A stretch of 64,000 bases of DNA. Source: Candidatus Binatia bacterium (GTDB lineage: Bacteria; Desulfobacterota; Binatia; Bin18). Below, in pieces: positions 41,682 to 51,539 of this stretch. The notes under the pieces were generated by a model. That model was not told the DNA's origin. It made no database searches and saw nothing but the letters and a program-made list of their open reading frames with translations. The stretch lies in contig OY761159.2 of assembly GCA_963664395.2 (NCBI GenBank), positions 1,376,001 to 1,440,000 of the forward strand. Direction: 5' to 3'. Position 1 is the stretch's first letter. Each line of letters starts with the position of its first letter. Made by a program: the position numbers and the translations under genes.

Positions 41682-43046
41682 TCAGGCCACCTCCCCTCGC
41701 GCGCACAGGATAACCCGCCGGATCACCTCGAAGTTTGTCACCAGCGCGATCACGATCAGGATGAGCAGCGGCTGGTCGAGAAGCGCGCCGAGAAAGATGA
41801 TGAACACCCGGACATCGCGGCCCAGCCGAAAATAGGGCACGTCCGCGAGCTTCCGCGCCATCCACCCGTCATATTTGTCCGCAGTGTAGCTGTTCATGTA
41901 CGCACCGACGATAGCCGCGAAACCGATCACTACCAGCGCCAGGTGCACGCCGTTGGGCGCGAGCTCGTGCCACATGAGACCGAACAACAGAAAGGCGTCG
42001 GCGTAGCGGTCGAGGATCGCATCGAACCAACCGCCAAAATCGCTTTGCATTCGTTTGAGCCGCGCGACCTCGCCGTCGCAACCATCGATGATCGAGGCGA
42101 GTTGCGCGATCACCCCACCGGCCGCAAGCGCCGGGTAGCCACCGACTGCGAACAATGCGGCACCCATGCAAGACAGGCCCCAGGAAACCACGGAGATCTG
42201 GTTCGGAGTCATCGGTGTGCGCACCAGGTAGCGCGTCAGCCAACGAGAGACCGGCCGGTTGAAGCGACGCGAGACCGGACCGTCGCGGGTCTTGCCCGCC
42301 TGCTCGCGCAGCAGCCGGCGCTCCGCCTCGCGCCAAGCCTCGGGCGTGTCAATATCGAGCCACGATTGGCCGGTCACATCGACGGCTCTCGCCTGTCTCT
42401 TCTTCGCGAGCGCCCGCAGACCGTCGGACAATCCGCCCTGACCCTTCGCTGCCGCCTGCTCGAGCCCTTCGAACAGCCCCGAGGTGCAAAGCATGACGCC
42501 GGTGTCACCCGCCTGCCACACTTCGAGGTGCTTCCCGATTGCCTCAATGCGCTCGCTGCTGATCTGCACCCGGGTGACGTCGTCGACATCGAAGATACCG
42601 CCCTTGTCACGGTCTACGGCGAGGCAGAGCTCCCCGGGCGCGGGTGGGTCGCGCACCAGCGCCTGGGGAATTTTCTCATCGAAAAGATGGTCGCTCATGA
42701 CCAGGAAAAAGGGCGCATCGCCGGTGCGGCCCTTTGCAGAGAGTGCGCTCGCGCCGTTACCCTGTCGCCAGTCCATGGCTTCAGCAAACTCGACCTCGAC
42801 CCCCCGACGCCGGGCGATGTCGGTGAAATGTGCCCTCACCGTCTCGGCTTCAAAGCCAAGGGTGATGATGAAACGCCGGATGTTCGTGGCCTCGCGCAGC
42901 GCACAGATGACCCGCTCGGCGAGCGTCAACCCGAGCACCTTCGTCAAGGGCTTCGGCGTTTTCGTGCTCGGGTAAAGCCGAGCACCTTCGCCCGCGGCGA
43001 GAATAACCGCGACCTTCGGGGCCGCCGTCTGCCTAATGCGCATCAC
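41682..43046 (-). CDS. Bifunctional inositol-1-phosphate cytidylyltransferase / CDP-alcohol phosphotransferase (IPCT/DIPPS)
   Basis: ILAAGEGARL...PKPL, WLDIDTPE, DGPVSRRFNRPVS, TPNQIS, DGCDGEVAR...FGGWFDAILDRYAD, RDVR. Confidence 0.9.
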   Translation of the reverse strand: MMRIRQTAAPKVAVILAAGEGARLYPSTKTPKPLTKVLGLTLAERVICALREATNIRRFIITLGFEAETVRAHFTDIARRRGVEVEFAEAMDWRQGNGASALSAKGRTGDAPFFLVMSDHLFDEKIPQALVRDPPAPGELCLAVDRDKGGIFDVDDVTRVQISSERIEAIGKHLEVWQAGDTGVMLCTSGLFEGLEQAAAKGQGGLSDGLRALAKKRQARAVDVTGQSWLDIDTPEAWREAERRLLREQAGKTRDGPVSRRFNRPVSRWLTRYLVRTPMTPNQISVVSWGLSCMGAALFAVGGYPALAAGGVIAQLASIIDGCDGEVARLKRMQSDFGGWFDAILDRYADAFLLFGLMWHELAPNGVHLALVVIGFAAIVGAYMNSYTADKYDGWMARKLADVPYFRLGRDVRVFIIFLGALLDQPLLILIVIALVTNFEVIRRVILCARGEVA

Positions 43047-43953
43047 CGCTCAATCGATCCACGATTTGAGCAGAGAGCGCCCGGTTCGATGCCGCGACCA
43101 AGGCGATGCCATCGGTCAATCCATGCGCCACCGAGAGTGGCGCCCCATCGAGCCCCACCACGCACCCTCCGGCCTCGATCAACAGGCGTGCAGCGGCGAG
43201 ATAGCTCTCAGGGGTCAGTCTTTCGCGCACATCGACATGCGCGTCCACCGCGCCAGCGGCAACCAAGGACACGGCCCGCGATGCGCAGCCGTAACTGCGA
43301 ACCCCCCTCGCGTCGGCCATCATTCGTGCGAGGTTACGCGAAGGTGCGAAGTGGTTTAGCTCCACCGAAATCACCGCGTCCGCGATGCAACGAACCCCCG
43401 AGGTTGCGAGCCGTGCGGCACCGCGCCAAGCTCCCGCACCCTGCTCCGCCACCAGGGGGACCAGCTTATCGAGCGGACCGACCATCGCCGATTCCACGGA
43501 CTCGGGATGCAACGGTGCATTGATGGGCATCACCGCGCAAGCCAAGGCAGAGAGCGGAAGGCCCCGAGCCCAGTTGTCCGACCCATCCACGGGATCGAGG
43601 ACCAGTCGGTGACGAGGCGTCCCGACGCCGAATTCGAACGGCTCTGCCTCTTCGGATTCAACCCTGAGCGGCACAGAGAGCCGCGCTAGAAACTCGAGCG
43701 CGGCATCGTTAGCAGCGAGGTCGAATACCTTGACCGCGTCACCTTTTGCGTTGGTGATCCCAGCGCCTTCCCGGCCAGTTTTCAATACCGCGCGGCGTAC
43801 CACGCGGTGGAGCGCAATCAGTCGCTGCGTCCACGGGCGTTCGAAGGCTGGTGCCGAGCCGCGGCCTGAGCCCGTGTTGCCGCGCGCGCGCCTCGCTAAC
43901 TGCGGAACGGTAGGGTTATGAGTCAAGAGCACCTGCTTCACCGACTCACTCAA
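43033..43953 (-). CDS. Inositol monophosphatase / FIG family phosphatase
   Basis: NAKGD..K.FD, ESEE, LDPVDGS, RSYG; start codon uncertain. Confidence 0.8.
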   Translation of the reverse strand: MSESVKQVLLTHNPTVPQLARRARGNTGSGRGSAPAFERPWTQRLIALHRVVRRAVLKTGREGAGITNAKGDAVKVFDLAANDAALEFLARLSVPLRVESEEAEPFEFGVGTPRHRLVLDPVDGSDNWARGLPLSALACAVMPINAPLHPESVESAMVGPLDKLVPLVAEQGAGAWRGAARLATSGVRCIADAVISVELNHFAPSRNLARMMADARGVRSYGCASRAVSLVAAGAVDAHVDVRERLTPESYLAAARLLIEAGGCVVGLDGAPLSVAHGLTDGIALVAASNRALSAQIVDRLSGDAH

Positions 43954-45055
43954 GCCCGCTGACGGCCCCATCCATCCCCTCGATAAATGCATCGGTCAGC
44001 TCACGGGCAACGGAATCGCGCATCTGTTTACTCGGGCTCTTCATGTAGTAGGCGCTTGCCGCCACCAGCGGGCCACGCATGCCCCGCACCAGTCCGAGTT
44101 TTGCGCAGCGCACCGCATCGATGACCACGCCGGCACTGTTCGGTGAATCTTCGACCGAGAGCCGCAACTCGACCTCCATCGGCACATCGCCGAAGCCGCG
44201 TCCCTCCATGCGGATGAAACACACCTTGTTGTCGTCCTGCCACGCCACGTAGTCGGAGGGCCCGATATGGATGTCCGCATTGGCCAACCGCTCGTCGAGT
44301 TGCGACTGGACGGACTCTGTTTTGGAGAGTTTCTTGGACTTCAGACGGTCGAGTGCCAGCATGTTGAGGAAGTCCGTGTTGCCGCCGGTGTTGAGCTGAT
44401 AGGTCCGATCCAGGCGCACGCCCCGATCCCCGAACAAACGTGCGAGCACTCGGTGCACGATGGTGGCACCGACCTGACTCTTGATGTCGTCGCCGAGGAT
44501 GGGCAAGCCCGCCTCGTGAAACTTCCGTGCCCAGCCGGGATCGGATGCGATGAATACGGGCACACAGTTGACCATCGCCAACCCGGCATCGAGGCACACC
44601 TGGGCGTAGTGGTGCACCGCCTCCTCCGAGCCCACCGGCAGGTAGCAGATCAGGATCTCGGCCTGCGCTTCCCGGACCACCTGGACGACATCGACCGGCT
44701 CGGCGTCGGCTGGCCTGAAGGCCTCATCATCAGCATAGTCCGCCATGTGTGGCGCCACGCCGTCGAGAATCGGCCCCATCTGCACCGTGACCCCCGAGGC
44801 GGGTAGCACGTTTTGGAATACCGTGGTGCAGTTGGGCTTGGCAAAAACAGCTTCCTCCAGCGGCCGGCCGACCTTGCGGTGGTCGATATCAAAGGCAGCA
44901 ACCACTTCGATGTCGCTAACGCTCCAGCCACCGATTCTTGGATGCATGAGACCGGCGAACTTGCTGGTGCTACGGCCTCTGTAATACTCGAGCCCCTGGA
45001 CCAAGGCGCTGGCGCAGTTGCCGATGCCGGCAATTGCCACTTTAATTTTTTGCAT
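43946..45055 (-). CDS. ino1: myo-inositol-1-phosphate synthase
   Basis: GIGNCASALVQG, YLPVGS, GDDIKSQVGAT, TYQLNTGGNTDFLNM, DSPNSAGVVID; GGAGG RBS. Confidence 0.95.
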   Translation of the reverse strand: MQKIKVAIAGIGNCASALVQGLEYYRGRSTSKFAGLMHPRIGGWSVSDIEVVAAFDIDHRKVGRPLEEAVFAKPNCTTVFQNVLPASGVTVQMGPILDGVAPHMADYADDEAFRPADAEPVDVVQVVREAQAEILICYLPVGSEEAVHHYAQVCLDAGLAMVNCVPVFIASDPGWARKFHEAGLPILGDDIKSQVGATIVHRVLARLFGDRGVRLDRTYQLNTGGNTDFLNMLALDRLKSKKLSKTESVQSQLDERLANADIHIGPSDYVAWQDDNKVCFIRMEGRGFGDVPMEVELRLSVEDSPNSAGVVIDAVRCAKLGLVRGMRGPLVAASAYYMKSPSKQMRDSVARELTDAFIEGMDGAVSGLE

Positions 45056-45340
45056 GAGTTCACTCTTCCTCCATTGGACTTCCTCGGCCGCTCGGTCGGG
45101 GAGACCCGCTTGTTCCGTTGTCGATGCATGAACTGGCCGAGCCAGGCATGAAGCCATACCCGGGCCGCACTCAGGCATGGAGCCCGGTGGTGATCCCCCA
45201 CGGCGTGCGGCTTGGTGCGGTGTCTGAGAGCGACCGCCACCGATGGTACTGTCGCCCTCAACACATGCACATTAACGGAAAACCGTACCTATAACAACAC
45301 CTGTAAGTATCGCTCGGTAGCGTCCCAAGCGCCATCGGCC

Positions 45341-45481
45341 CTACATCTCGTTACGGAGGGTGGCTCGAGGGCGGAGCCGCGCGAGGATGGGTTCAAGCGC
45401 CGTCTCAAGATCGTCCTCCCAGAACTCCTGGGCAGTCGCGGTACCTGCTTGCTCGAGGGAGTCCACCGTGAATTGGGTCAT
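45341..45481 (-). CDS. Small hypothetical ORF (46 aa), possibly a truncated gene
   Basis: GGAGAAAG RBS, then MTQFTVDSLEQAGTATAQEFWEDDLETALEPILARLRPRATLRNEM-stop. Confidence 0.4.
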   Translation of the reverse strand: MTQFTVDSLEQAGTATAQEFWEDDLETALEPILARLRPRATLRNEM

Positions 45482-45511
45482 TGTTCTTCTTTCTCCGTCC
45501 GTCGTACGGGG

Positions 45512-45736
45512 CTATTTGTGGTGCGTCGCCACCACCTTGCCCAGAATCCTCAGCTCATCTTCAGGTCCGACCGTGATCGGTCGGTGGCGGGTGTTTTCCG
45601 GTCTCAACTCGATTGTGTCGTCTCCAATGTAGAGACGCTTCACGGTTGCCTCCTCGCCCAGCAGCGCTACGACGATGTCCCCGCTCTCCGCCAGCTACCG
45701 CCGCCGAACCACGACGAGGTCCCGGTCGTGGATGCC
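45512..45736 (-). pseudogene. lexA: LexA/S24 peptidase C-terminal remnant with internal stop
   Basis: GIHDRDLVVVRRR*LAESGDIVVALLGEEATVKRL...LRPEN...RILGKVV; DNA-binding domain absent. Confidence 0.8.
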
Positions 45737-46162
45737 GCACGAAGACGGAACGGTCGCCAGGAGCCGTTGGAGTCCGCTCGGCATCGCACGGGGGCGATGC
45801 CGCCGGCACCCACAACGGGCTCCGCTCTCACGGCCACGGCGGCTGTCTGGTGATCGGCCGGACCCCTGTGGTCCGACCTGCTCGCTGACCGCGCGGGCTC
45901 TGGCGCTGCCGGTCACGCCCTACGACCCGGAGGTCAATTACCGCCGGGTGCGCGGCAAGTGGTGGGGCATGGGGATAGAATGAGGAGCCCTCACAGGGGA
46001 GATGATGGGCCATGCCCACGCCAGAAAGGGGCCGGGGAGCGACTGAGAGGAAAGAGAACTGGCTTATGAAGGTTCATGAAGGTATGACATATAGTCAATA
46101 ATCCTTTCTTTATTGATTATGGTAAGGCAAACCAATATATTGAAAGGTATTAGGAGCACAGT

Positions 46163-46396
46163 ATGATTGAATCCTCCGTCACGAAGAAGGGGCAAACGAC
46201 ACTGCCCAAGCCTGTTCGGGAGTCACTTGGCCTGCAAGCCGGGGACCGGGTGCGCTACGTCATTTCCGACGGCGAGGTGCGCATTTTGCCCGTGCGTCCC
46301 ATCAGTCGGCTGTTCGGCGCGCTCCAGCATAACGGTCCCGCCGTCACGTTGGAGAAAATGGAGCAGGCCGTAGCCGACGGGGCATGCGAGGGATGA
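46163..46396 (+). CDS. AbrB/MazE-type antitoxin (VapB)
   Basis: SSVTKKGQTTLPKPVRESLGLQAGDRV. Confidence 0.88.
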   Translation: MIESSVTKKGQTTLPKPVRESLGLQAGDRVRYVISDGEVRILPVRPISRLFGALQHNGPAVTLEKMEQAVADGACEG

Positions 46397-46785
46397 TCGC
46401 ACTCGACACCAACGTCCTCGTGCGCTATCTGGTCCGCGACGATGTGCAGCAGGCAGACGCCGCCCGCGCACTCCTGGAGTCGCTTACGGCCGAACGTCCC
46501 GGCTACGTATGCCGTGAGGTGACGGTCGAACTCGCCTGGGTGCTGGAACGGGCCTATGGCTTCTCCCGTGACCGGATTGCGACGATATTGGAAGAACTCG
46601 TGGCAACCGAGGGGCTCGTGGTTGAGGAGGCCAACGATGTAGCCCGTGCGGCGTTCCGGTATCGAGCGGGTGGCGCTGGATTTTCCGACCTGATGATCCT
46701 GGCGGCGGCCGAACGGTCCGGAGCCCAGCCGCTGTACACCTTCGATCAGAAGGCCGCACGACTTGAGGGTGTGTCGCTGCTGTAG
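46393..46785 (+). CDS. vapC: PIN-domain toxin VapC
   Basis: IALDTNVLVRYL, ELAWVL, GFSDLMI, TFDQK; ATGA overlap with the antitoxin. Confidence 0.88.
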   Translation: MIALDTNVLVRYLVRDDVQQADAARALLESLTAERPGYVCREVTVELAWVLERAYGFSRDRIATILEELVATEGLVVEEANDVARAAFRYRAGGAGFSDLMILAAAERSGAQPLYTFDQKAARLEGVSLL

Positions 46786-46836
46786 CGTCCAGGCTAGACC
46801 GGTTCTCGATAGTCTCTCGCCGTGCAGGGGGCTCCT

Positions 46837-46887
46837 GTCATGCCGGACGTGATCCGGCATCCAGAGGGCGGAGGGGTCGGGAGCCTG
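46837..46887. repeat. Truncated REP-like palindromic element
   Basis: GTCATGCCGGACGTGATCCGGCATCCAGAG...GGGAGCCTG, near-identical to the left half of the element at 60553. Confidence 0.75.
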
Positions 46888-46918
46888 CTGCTCGCGAGAG
46901 CGAGTCCGAGCCCAATCA

Positions 46919-47602
46919 TCAGATATCCTGTTCGAGGATTTGGCCGTTATCCCTCAGCCAGCTTCGCGCCTTTTCCAGCGTTGGCGCATGCGTCCGAACG
47001 ACATTCCAGAATCGGGGGGTATGATTTGCTTCGAGCAGATGGGCGAGTTCGTGCACGATGACGTAATCGACCACGAACATGGGCGCTTTGATCAATCGCC
47101 AGTTCAGGTTCACGTTGTTCTTGACAGTGCATGAACCCCAGCGGAAACGATTGTCCACAATCTTCGCGCTGGCAAACTCCACCCCGAGCATAGCCGCAAT
47201 GGATTTTACTTCTGGAAGAATCCTCTCTTTCGCACGGTTGACGTACCAGTTGCGAAGCACACTTTGTCGTTCGCCCGCCAGGGAAGCCGGGATGAAGAAA
47301 CGCTGCTCGAAGCGTATCTCCGTCGAGTCGGTCGGGATGACTTCAATTTGGTACTCACGGCCAAGATAGAGCGCGGATTCACCGCTTACCAGCTCCTTAC
47401 CAGGCGGATGAGGCCGTTCTTCGTACTTCTGGGCATGCTTCCTCTTCTCATAAATCCACTGACGTTTCGACTCAACAACTTCCCGGATCGTCTCTTCGGA
47501 CGTGGACTCGGGTGCATGAACGACGACGCTCCGGTCCCGTTCGACTGTTATCGTCAGCTTCCGACGTTTCGGCGAGCGTTTGATGGTGTAGGCCGTATCC
47601 AT
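46919..47602 (-). CDS. YgjP/DUF45 (M48-like) metal-dependent hydrolase associated with type I R-M
   Basis: RWGSC, LNWRL, DYVIVHELAH, HTPRFW. Confidence 0.88.
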   Translation of the reverse strand: MDTAYTIKRSPKRRKLTITVERDRSVVVHAPESTSEETIREVVESKRQWIYEKRKHAQKYEERPHPPGKELVSGESALYLGREYQIEVIPTDSTEIRFEQRFFIPASLAGERQSVLRNWYVNRAKERILPEVKSIAAMLGVEFASAKIVDNRFRWGSCTVKNNVNLNWRLIKAPMFVVDYVIVHELAHLLEANHTPRFWNVVRTHAPTLEKARSWLRDNGQILEQDI

Positions 47603-47604
47603 GC

Positions 47605-50600
47605 TTACTCCGCATAGAGAATGATGTCATTATTCTTTTCCGCGATCTCCATCACGCGGCTGATTATTGTGTTGTACTTCTTCGTGAGATTTGGCAGCTT
47701 CACAAACGACGGCTGGAGAAGCGTCTTCTGAATCTCGGCCTTCAACTTGTTGCGCGCGGGAATGGCCTCCCAAAATCCGACCAGCTTCAGCTCCTGCTCG
47801 ATCACCAGTGAGACACTCTGCGTCAACGCAACCAAGTGGCTGATTTTGTCGTCCTCGCTCAATCCGTAACGTGGACTCGTTTCCGCCACCCTCAATTCGT
47901 CAGCGCCCTTAACCATGTCCACGTCAAACAGCTCGCGTCGAAACATACGAAAGAACGGCATCTGCTTTTTGCGGTGCAGCCCGTAGGTCGGCTCCTTGTT
48001 CGCGTTGACGATACGCTGCCGCAGTTTCTCCAGTTCTTCGTAAATCCTTTTCCAGTTATCCCGGAACTCTTGAAATATCTGCGCGAGTGCTTCCGCGAAG
48101 GACGCTTGCAAGTCCGGATCGTCATCCAACTCAATATCGAGGTGGTGGCGGATAGCGTGTTCTACCTCTGCCGCTTTGGTTTTTGTACGGCGGCGCTGAT
48201 CGACGTTCTTTTGGAAGTCCTCGTCCAGAATCGAAATCGGCTTGACCTTCTGATCAATGCTCTTCGACTCCAGGTATGTATCCGTGATTGCACGCAGCTT
48301 CGGCGGGATGCCTTTCATGCTGAGGCGTTCATCTCGAAAGTGCTTGCCGGCGAGGACGTTGATTTCAGCGAGGGCGTTGTAATCGTTCATAAACGCCAAC
48401 GCTTGCCGCGCGGGGAAGACGAGGTTCAGGCATTTGGTAAACTTCTTGAACGCCTGCATGTAGTCAAAGCGCAGGTCCTCGTCATAAAACACATCATAGA
48501 AAGCGTCGTGGTCCGTCAGGTCCGTCAGGCCATGCTGTTCAAGCAAGGCCATAATCGCGGCATGGCTGTCCTCAAGGTTTTGCAACTCCTCTTCGGGAAA
48601 GCTGAGGGCGTCGATAATTTTCTTTTGTTCTCGCTCGTCATAAGCGTCGATGGCTTTCCTGAGATGATGACCAATGCCGACGTAGTCAACCACGAAGCCT
48701 TTGTCCTTCGTGTCGCCTTCAACTCGGTTCACCCGAGCAATGGCCTGTAAGAGGTTGTGGTCGGTGATGACCCTATCCAAATACATGACCTGTTCCACGG
48801 GAGCATCGAAACCCGTGATGAGCATGTTGTTGACAACGAGGATGCCCATGTCCCCGCTGACGCCTTCATCTTCACTCCCGAAGGCCTTCTTAAAACTCTT
48901 GATACTGCGTTCGTGCCTGGTCTGGTCAGCGTGTGCCTTGAGGTACGGCCGGTCGTTGTTTTCGCTAGAGATCACGACATCGGTTTGCAGCCTCTTTAGC
49001 TGCTCCAGGTCAAGGCCGTTCGGGTTTGATGTTTCCAACTCGGCAACGGCTGCACCCAGGGCGGCGTCGAGGTGCTTCTTGTAGCGTACCGCTGCTTCGC
49101 GCGATGTGGCCACCACCTGGGCCTTGTAGCCGTTCGGAAATACATGGGTCAGGTAGTGCTTGACCATATCCTTGGCCTTGGCTGCAATCGTGGGTTCTGC
49201 CTCCAGGTAGGCATCTCGGGACCCGTAGCCCAGGATTGCCATCCTTTGCTGAAGGTCGTGGTCGCTGAACGCATCTGCAAACGCCGCATCCATGCCTTCC
49301 TGGTCGGATATTTCCGCGTTGTGGGTGCGGCCCTCGTAGACGATCTCCAGGGTGACGCCATCGCATATAGACTCTCGCATGGTGTACTTGTCGATGTACT
49401 CACCGAAGACGCGTTCGGTCTTGTCAATCGGCGTGCCGGTATAACCGATCTTTGTAGCGTTCGGGATGGCCCTATCGAGATTCGCTCCGAGCTTCTTGTA
49501 TTGGGAACGATGGGCTTCATCGGTCATGACCAGGATGTTGGGGCTGTCATTGAGTTGTGGGAAGGTTTCGTTCAGATCCGCTTCCTGGAACTTGTGGATC
49601 ATGGCCATGACCAGGTCCGAGGTGTCGGCCCGGAGCAGGTCCTTCAGTTCGCTGATCCTATTGGCCGTCTTCACCGTGAAACCGATACTTTGGCTGGTCT
49701 CGCTCAATTGGTCTTCGAGCTGCGTCCGGTCGGTAACGAAGACCACTTTCCAGTTGGCCAATTGGGCGTGGCGGTACATTTCACGCACCATGAACATCAT
49801 GGTGAGCGATTTGCCCGAGCCCTGGGTGTGCCAGATGATGCCACTCCGTTCGCGCGGGTTCCTGCCCTCCAGCAATCGCTTCACGGCCAGCTTGACCGCG
49901 CGAAACTGCTGGTAGCGTCCGACGATCTTGATGGTCTGCCCTCTGTCGTTGGTCGAAAACAGAGTGAACGTGCGGATAAGATCAAGCAGGTTGTTTTTGT
50001 CCATCATCCCGGCGACCAACCGCTGCTGGTCGTTTGGGCTGCCTGCGCCATGATCGAGATCGTTGACCGTTCTCGGATGGGGGTCGGTCCAGCGGTAGAA
50101 ATGCTTTTCACTATGCGTGGTGATCGTCCCGAACTTGGCCTCCTGGCGACAGGTGGCGACCACAAACTGATTGAAATAAAAGAGCGGCGCACTTCCTTCG
50201 CCTGTGACACCACGCTGCTCGCTGTAGCGCAGCATCTGGTCGATGGCCTCGGGGATGGCGTCCTTCACCTTGGGCGACTTGCATTCAATCAGGACCACGG
50301 GCAGGCCATTCACGAACAACACAGCGTCCGGGATGATGTGGTGCTCGGTGCCCAGGATACGGACCTTGCATTGGCACACGGCAATAAAGCGATTGTTGGC
50401 GCGATTCTTGAAGTCGATAAAGCGTACGGTCGGGCTATTCTCGCCCGTCTGCCGGTTCTCGTTGACGCTGGTGTTCTCCAGAAGGAGGCGAAGGACGTGC
50501 TTGTTGTTCTCGATTAACCCGCCGGGGGAGCTCGCGGTGAGTTGCCTGACGACTTCTTCGACCTGATCGTCTTCCAGCCACGGATTGATGACTGTGAGCT

Positions 50601-50784
50601 GTTCTCGCAGTACCGGCAGCATGACGACTTCGGTAAAGTTCTCTCGAAACGTATCAGCGGGCTTCTGCTGCTTGTCGGTCAGGTCGATGATCTCCCAGCC
50701 CAGGCCGTGTAACTGCTCAAGGAGGGGCATCTCGACGTGGTTACGTTCGTCCATGCGAAGGGACTGCGCCCTCATAGTCATCAC
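47605..50784 (-). CDS. hsdR: Type I restriction endonuclease subunit R
   Basis: PD...IECK, WHTQGSGKS, DEAHRSQY, TGTP, MLITGFDAP, QAIARVNR. Confidence 0.95.
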   Translation of the reverse strand: MMTMRAQSLRMDERNHVEMPLLEQLHGLGWEIIDLTDKQQKPADTFRENFTEVVMLPVLREQLTVINPWLEDDQVEEVVRQLTASSPGGLIENNKHVLRLLLENTSVNENRQTGENSPTVRFIDFKNRANNRFIAVCQCKVRILGTEHHIIPDAVLFVNGLPVVLIECKSPKVKDAIPEAIDQMLRYSEQRGVTGEGSAPLFYFNQFVVATCRQEAKFGTITTHSEKHFYRWTDPHPRTVNDLDHGAGSPNDQQRLVAGMMDKNNLLDLIRTFTLFSTNDRGQTIKIVGRYQQFRAVKLAVKRLLEGRNPRERSGIIWHTQGSGKSLTMMFMVREMYRHAQLANWKVVFVTDRTQLEDQLSETSQSIGFTVKTANRISELKDLLRADTSDLVMAMIHKFQEADLNETFPQLNDSPNILVMTDEAHRSQYKKLGANLDRAIPNATKIGYTGTPIDKTERVFGEYIDKYTMRESICDGVTLEIVYEGRTHNAEISDQEGMDAAFADAFSDHDLQQRMAILGYGSRDAYLEAEPTIAAKAKDMVKHYLTHVFPNGYKAQVVATSREAAVRYKKHLDAALGAAVAELETSNPNGLDLEQLKRLQTDVVISSENNDRPYLKAHADQTRHERSIKSFKKAFGSEDEGVSGDMGILVVNNMLITGFDAPVEQVMYLDRVITDHNLLQAIARVNRVEGDTKDKGFVVDYVGIGHHLRKAIDAYDEREQKKIIDALSFPEEELQNLEDSHAAIMALLEQHGLTDLTDHDAFYDVFYDEDLRFDYMQAFKKFTKCLNLVFPARQALAFMNDYNALAEINVLAGKHFRDERLSMKGIPPKLRAITDTYLESKSIDQKVKPISILDEDFQKNVDQRRRTKTKAAEVEHAIRHHLDIELDDDPDLQASFAEALAQIFQEFRDNWKRIYEELEKLRQRIVNANKEPTYGLHRKKQMPFFRMFRRELFDVDMVKGADELRVAETSPRYGLSEDDKISHLVALTQSVSLVIEQELKLVGFWEAIPARNKLKAEIQKTLLQPSFVKLPNLTKKYNTIISRVMEIAEKNNDIILYAE

Positions 50785-50800
50785 TCCCGTAGCACCAGCG

Positions 50801-51088
50801 TCACGAAACCGCGGCTGGCACCTCGCCTTCGATCACGCGCCCTTTGACGCTTTCCACTACCGAGATGTCGTATCCGCTTTGCAGGTTCATCCAGAATGCC
50901 GGGCCGGTTCCAAGGTAGCGGCCGAGGCGCACGGCAGTCTCGGCTGTGACCGCCCGTTCGCCCCGCAGGATGGCGGTAATCCGGTTTGCAGGTACCCGGA
51001 TAGCGAGTGCAAGCCGGTTTGCGCTCATGCCTCTCGCTTCCAGTTCCGCCCGCAGTACCCGACCGGGATGTGTCTTCACTCGCGTCAT
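50801..51088 (-). CDS. higA: HigA-family antitoxin (no higB partner)
   Basis: THPGRVL, LALAIRVPANRI, AVTAETAVRL, FWMNLQ..YD. Confidence 0.9.
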   Translation of the reverse strand: MTRVKTHPGRVLRAELEARGMSANRLALAIRVPANRITAILRGERAVTAETAVRLGRYLGTGPAFWMNLQSGYDISVVESVKGRVIEGEVPAAVS

Positions 51089-51137
51089 AGCCTGCCTCCC
51101 GATTTCGTCCTTAAACTGCTCTGAAGATGGCGGTCAC

Positions 51138-51539
51138 TCATGGCGACTTCGCTTCCTGCAGAACCTGAAAACCGAGCACCTCCGCAACGGCGCCTTGCCG
51201 GGCGTCGAGCGTGGCGAACGAAAGACTGCCAGATTGGGGAGCGACATAAAGGGCCGTCGCGAGATGCCATAGGTCGGCGCCCCGCAAGTAGGCTGTTTCG
51301 AGCACTGTTGCGAACTCGGGAGCAAGCGTCCTATCGGGCAGAATCCATTCGATCCCCGCGATCGCACTTTCTTGAAAGATCAGATTCTCGCGGGCGAACG
51401 ACGCCCGCAGTTCGGCTTCGAGCAGGTTTGAAGAGATCAGGCGAGTGAATTCGTCCAGCCGCTGCGCGTGCGCTGCCGCACCCGGTTCGTCGAAGGCGAT
51501 GGCCGCCAACACCGAGGTGTCAACGTACGCGATGCTCAT
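51138..51539 (-). CDS. vapC: PIN-domain toxin VapC
   Basis: AYVDTSVL, LRGADLWHLATA, TLDARQ. Confidence 0.85.
   Translation of the reverse strand: MSIAYVDTSVLAAIAFDEPGAAAHAQRLDEFTRLISSNLLEAELRASFARENLIFQESAIAGIEWILPDRTLAPEFATVLETAYLRGADLWHLATALYVAPQSGSLSFATLDARQGAVAEVLGFQVLQEAKSP

Noticed and set aside
41625-43523. 632-aa + strand ORF
   Set aside because: Antisense shadow of IPCT/DIPPS and IMPase in high-GC DNA; Arg/Pro-rich with no motifs.
45074-45088. GAGGAAGTCC (minus strand) resembling the RNase P RNA motif
   Set aside because: Imperfect match, about 20 nt from the ino1 start, with no room for the rest of rnpB.
47836-50517. 304-aa and 481-aa + strand ORFs
   Set aside because: Antisense to hsdR.
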